Assembly (NCBI GenBank): GCA_010093815.1 | Contig: ML996567.1 | Direction: 5' to 3' (one strand) | DNA from: Pseudovirgaria hyperparasitica | Taxonomy: Eukaryota | DNA length: 27,572 bases | Shown here: piece after piece, positions 22,971 through 27,572 of the stretch | Layout: the number at the start of each line of letters is the position of its first letter | How positions within the stretch are numbered: the stretch's first letter is position 1 | Notes under the pieces: generated by a model | Told to the model about the DNA's origin: nothing | Seen by the model: the letters and a program-made list of their open reading frames with translations, nothing else | Databases searched by the model: none | Translations under genes and position numbers: made by a program

Positions 22971-25900
22971 ACACTGACACACACTCAATATAACGCACAG
23001 CTCAGATCTCCCGACATCTGCATTCCTATGACCTCATGGGCCTCGCCGCTGCGGCCAGGACCCTGCCTATGTCTCTGACATCAGCCCCTACACTCCGAGC
23101 CGCCGTTTTGTTTCATCGGCAGGAAAAAGAAGGGACAAGGGCTCGAGCACTGAGCCTCGCCCTCACAATGCACGATGCTTGATATTCTTCTTTTTTTTTT
23201 TCGCATGACGCGCACGGCCATGCCGGAACGCCCACTGCATGACCCTGTCTTCCGCCCTGCAAACTCACCAGAGACATATTCTGTCGGACTGCACGCTGAC
23301 ATGCCCGGGCGGCCAGGTTTAACAAGACCAAGACTGCGCAATATGGAACGCGGCGACGGACAGCATTGAGCCAGGCGAGACGCGTCTTGTTTTCCTTGCA
23401 GAGCCCGGCTCGGTGCTCGGATGGGCTGTTACGCTGAGGCGCGGTGACACTGCTTTTTCTGGAAGGACGGTGAATGGCCGTGGCACGTCAGGTTTCATAT
23501 GAGCAGCAGAATGGTGTCGCGGGGCGCCTATACGATGTCTTTGCTAAGCCCTCCTCCCTCAGACCAAGAAATTCGCGCTCTTAGTACCGTGCAGTATGCG
23601 TAACAACAACACGGGGCGCTTTCCAAGTGATCGAACACGACGTCGATTCCAACAACCTCCATCAAGTCCGGCCATCTTACTTACGTCAATCCTGCGGCCT
23701 TTGGACGAGTCCGAGACACCGACACCGACGGAAGACGATGGACAAAATTCTCCTCGCGCCGGCCAGCTCCACCTTTGACTTTGAAAATTGTCCGACTTTT
23801 ATCAGCATCCTATCGCGGAGAATAAAGCATATTCAATGGGACTTTTTTTCCTCGCCCGACCCACACCCGTTCAAGGCGAAGTATCCCAACGCACAATACC
23901 TGGTAATTAGCGCAGTAGATGTCTGCTTTGTCACGAACGAAGACAAGAAAAAGAACTACCGCTAGGGAACAAGAATAGCGAGAAGTACGAACCACAGTCC
24001 CCAATCGCCATCATCGATCCCCCTAACCCTTCTGAACCGTCATCCACATTTCACAGCACATTGCCTACGCACCCGTGAACGTACCAATCTCTCTATGACA
24101 CCCCCCCCCCCCCAATCCCACGACAAGAATCCCGATCATCACACTCCCATTCCACATGAGCGCACTCTATCCCGCACCTATCTCAATACCTAGTCCCACA
24201 ATCCCAATTCCCCCCTTCTCCCCAACCTCCCAGACCCAAATACCAAAATACCAACTCAGACCTCTCCCGCACACTCGCCCACGGCAACCACACACCATCT
24301 CCCCAACTTCCCAAGCGCTACGGCCCCCAGCCCATCGCCTACCTACCTACCATGCCCTACCACTGACCATGTCCATCGTACCATGGTCCCCCAAACTCCC
24401 TAGTCCAACTCAAGTCCATTCTTGCGAACCATGGGTGTGCTGGCATCGCGTAGGGCGGCAGCCTTACCGCGACTGTAGACCGAAGGGCTAACTAAGAACT
24501 TGGATGCCTTGCTCTCGGCCGCGGAGGCTGGTGAGGTGGAGGTGATGTCGAATGTCGGCCTTGTAGAGGTGAGATCTTAGAGTGGTTGAGAGGGGGGTAT
24601 GTGCGTGTGTGTGAGGCATGTGGAATTGCGTGCCGAGTTGACTGGTACGTTTTTTGTCGGAGTGTGGGATGTGGTGTGGTATGGTATGGTACTGTGCTGT
24701 GTTGTCTTGGTGTCGTCGATGACGCGGGGAGGAGTATGGGGTTGGATGGTTTCCGGGCGGTTTAGTTGATGGATAGGGATGGATATGATGTGTGTTCGTT
24801 CACTGTCTGATTATCACTCGAGTTGTATACCTCTTTGCTCTGCATACATAAATATGAGGTTTCCAATATCCACCCAACCAATCCGTAATTTCTGTGTTGA
24901 TATTACATGCAATACATTCATAGACGATATATACATACATCCTTCCATCTCTCGCCACTTCACTCCCCAATCTCACCCTACTACCAGCAAACAAATAAAC
25001 CATCAACAACCCAATATCTATAACAGCTACACCTTCCACAACTTCCTTTCACAAACACACACACACACATCCCAACACCCCACCATGCCCATCCAGCACC
25101 GCCCTCACCCATCCCACCTATCAAGTATCAAGTCCCAAGCTAGCACAAATCACCGCTTGTGAGGGGAAAGTATATCTACAAAACGACCCCTACCCATCAA
25201 CCCCAACCCTGTTCCACGAGCATCGTATAGGTCATATCCAACCCATCTGCCCATCTACCCGATTCCCTACCGAATCCAATTCATCACAACTTCCAACTTC
25301 CATCCTCATAGCTCATCCCATTCCATGCCAAGGGTTATATAAGCTATATACATAACTACGCCCAACACACACACACACACACCGCCGAACATCCCCATCC
25401 AAAAACAGAACACTATATCTCAACGCGTAAATCCTGGCCATTATCTGTCATTCCCACACGAATATCCGTTTGTTCCGTGTGAATCGGCATGGTCTGTACG
25501 TCTGTAGGCTTCGATATGATGCGTAGTATGTGATTTGGGTTGTATTGGGGGTTTGTATGGTCGTAGACTGTCTTTTGTGGTGCGGAAACTCGTCGGTATG
25601 TCAATGGCGGTGGGGAGAGAATGCAGGGGTAGGTGGTGTTTGATGTGTCGTGGGTAATGGTGTGATGTGGTGTTAGATGTAAGCTTGGTGGGTATAGACA
25701 TAGGGTTCTTTTTTCTAGGAGAAGATGGCTTTTGCTGGAGGGTCTGGGGGTGTGGAGTGGTGTTGTGATGATGCGTGGTGTGGTGGTCTGGGTTGTTATT
25801 GTGACTTTGTTGCTTTTTGATAAGGGGGTTCTGAGGGGGACGTTCAGGGGAGGGGGTTGTGGGGGTGTATGTACGTATATGTAATACAGATAGATATAGA

Positions 25901-26949
25901 GGTGTTCACATGTTCACACATATGCCCACCCTCACCACCTCTCCTCCTGCAGACCTTATTCCACTGGCACACGTATATGTGGACAGCCACACCTGATCAA
26001 CCATGTACACGACAGCGCGCAAAACACCCTCAGTCATCATGCACAATCCACCATAAGACCAAATTCCATGAAGCTAACCGCAGACCACCGATCCATCGCA
26101 TCAACGCATCTCCAACAACTCGATCCAATTATCCTCCACTCAAAGCGTGCCAGCAGTATGCCTCTCTCAACGCATTAGCCGTGTCTGGATCCAGGCGATT
26201 GCTCTGAACTATCTCATTATTCTGATATATCAAGCTACATCACAGAGACTAATTACAGTCATAAAACATGCATGTTAGCCCGAAAGAACCACAGTCCAAC
26301 ATACAAGCCACATACAAGTCGAAACAACCCAGCACATCTCCACTGCTAGAGATCTCAGCCCAACAATACACAGCACCGTCTTCTATGCCCTGCGAGAAAT
26401 ATAGCCAACTATATCCCGCCAGAATATATCATAATAATGGCTGGTGAGAACGTGTTAATGTCTACATCTATTTCCACCCCCTACCTTAGACAGTCCCAAA
26501 GCATCATCCGGTCCGACCATTGACGATGGATAGACATTCTTTGGAAAGACTCTGTACATCCCAAGTACATACATACCTAGCAGCGAATCACGCCGCCGAC
26601 GAACATAGCCATCAATCCACATCGATACTCCACGTAAGGGCTTGACGATATAGGCATTATGATATGTTCACCAACATATAGCTCCCGTAGAACCACCCCC
26701 TCCCTCCTCCAGCATCATATCGCCAGTCGCAAAGAGCAGTCCCGAGATACAGAGGCCTCTCCAATCGTTCCAGCCCGCACCGCTAGACTTCCATGGTGTC
26801 AGTTAGGTATTAGAGTACGTGCTACTGCCAGACGTTATCATCAAAAAGAAACGCCGCAGACGACCTTATCTACCTACAAGGGCGGTGTCCTTTAGCTCTA
26901 CTATTATACCAAAGTACCTCTTCAACTTGATCTTAACTACTATATATAT

Positions 26950-26978
26950 AATAATAATAATAATAATATTATATAACT
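26950..26978. repeat. (AAT)n microsatellite at the edge of the RIP region
   Basis: Run of AAT units directly after (TA)n. Confidence 0.9.
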
Positions 26979-27188
26979 AGGTAGAGTAGTACTCTATAGG
27001 CCTATGCCTCCTCTAGTCTAAGCTACTATATAAGAAGAAACCCTATAGGGAAAAACTTCCTTATATCTATAACTATATCTCGTTAAACCTCTATTTTATC
27101 TTAAGTATATAGCTATAGGGTACGCCTATTAGCCTATAGCCTATATTACCGTTATTTCGCCCTTAGGTAGCACGTATAGGTGCGGAGG

Positions 27189-27219
27189 TTATTAGTTAAG
27201 GGCTGCCCTTAACTAATAA
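27189..27219. repeat. Perfect 15-bp inverted repeat with 1-nt spacer
   Basis: TTATTAGTTAAGGGC-T-GCCCTTAACTAATAA; the arms are exact reverse complements. Confidence 0.95.
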
Positions 27220-27572
27220 TCGGGGTTCTCCCGGGGTTCTACCGGTATATATCGGGTTACTACCGGCGTATGCCGGGTCTCTTCTAGCATATATTTCCGG
27301 GTCTACTAGTACTAGAGGAGTAGTAGATATATAAGTATCTATCGGGAGACATCTTTAGAGTACTTATTAAGCTATTATACGATATCTAAAGTCTTCGTAA
27401 CGTAGATAAGCTATTACTATTATATATAGAGGTTAGGGTACATAGCTAGATAGTAGCGTATTATACCTCTCCGGCCGTATACCTTATACTATAGGGAGGT
27501 ATCGGGAACGCCTCTCTTATAGATATAGTATAGGAGTCCTATAGCGCCCGTTCGGGCTTAGATAAGTATAGA

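Larger units (their letters stand above)
26931..27572. mobile_element. RIP-mutated repeat, probably a transposon relic, running off the window end
   Basis: Shift to AT-rich sequence saturated with TpA. By hand count only about 8 CpA/TpG dinucleotides remain in ~640 nt while CpG, CC and GG persist, which is the classic CpA->TpA repeat-induced point mutation signature. No intact ORF. The element family is not identifiable and the left boundary is approximate. Confidence 0.85.

Noticed and set aside
13381..24705. Reverse-complement match between 13381-13405 and 24675-24705 (ACCATACCATA, AACACAGCACAG)
   Set aside because: Both are low-complexity pentamer repeats, so convergence is likely; no flanking homology or TSD supports a TIR pair.
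1..27572. CRISPR array, operon or other prokaryotic system
   Set aside because: The DNA is fungal and intron-containing; its repeats are simple tandem units without unique spacers.

Overview
Eukaryotic DNA from a filamentous ascomycete: short GT-AG introns with CTAAC/CTGAC/CTAAT branch points, and a RIP-mutated repeat at the right end. Three intron-containing genes are well supported. (1) A Ser/Pro-rich protein with a C-terminal coiled coil (+, about 389-1632). (2) A fungal-specific transcription factor (+, 2051-4200, 3 exons, 684 aa) whose N-terminal zinc cluster is only half of a Zn(II)2Cys6 motif (C-x2-C-x6-C-x-H). (3) A Ran1/Pat1/Sks1-family Ser/Thr kinase (-, 16605-15233, 2 exons, 439 aa). 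The kinase lies between two roughly 10-11 kb stretches with no recognisable gene. These stretches contain dense CA-anchored microsatellites arranged in alternating C/A-rich and G/T-rich blocks. The last ~640 nt are a heavily RIP-mutated repeat containing a perfect 15-bp hairpin. I found no clear novel multi-gene system. The best leads are the half zinc-cluster TF, a 160-codon stop-free and AUG-free frame upstream of the kinase, and the architecture of the gene deserts. All calls are by eye, with no database searches.
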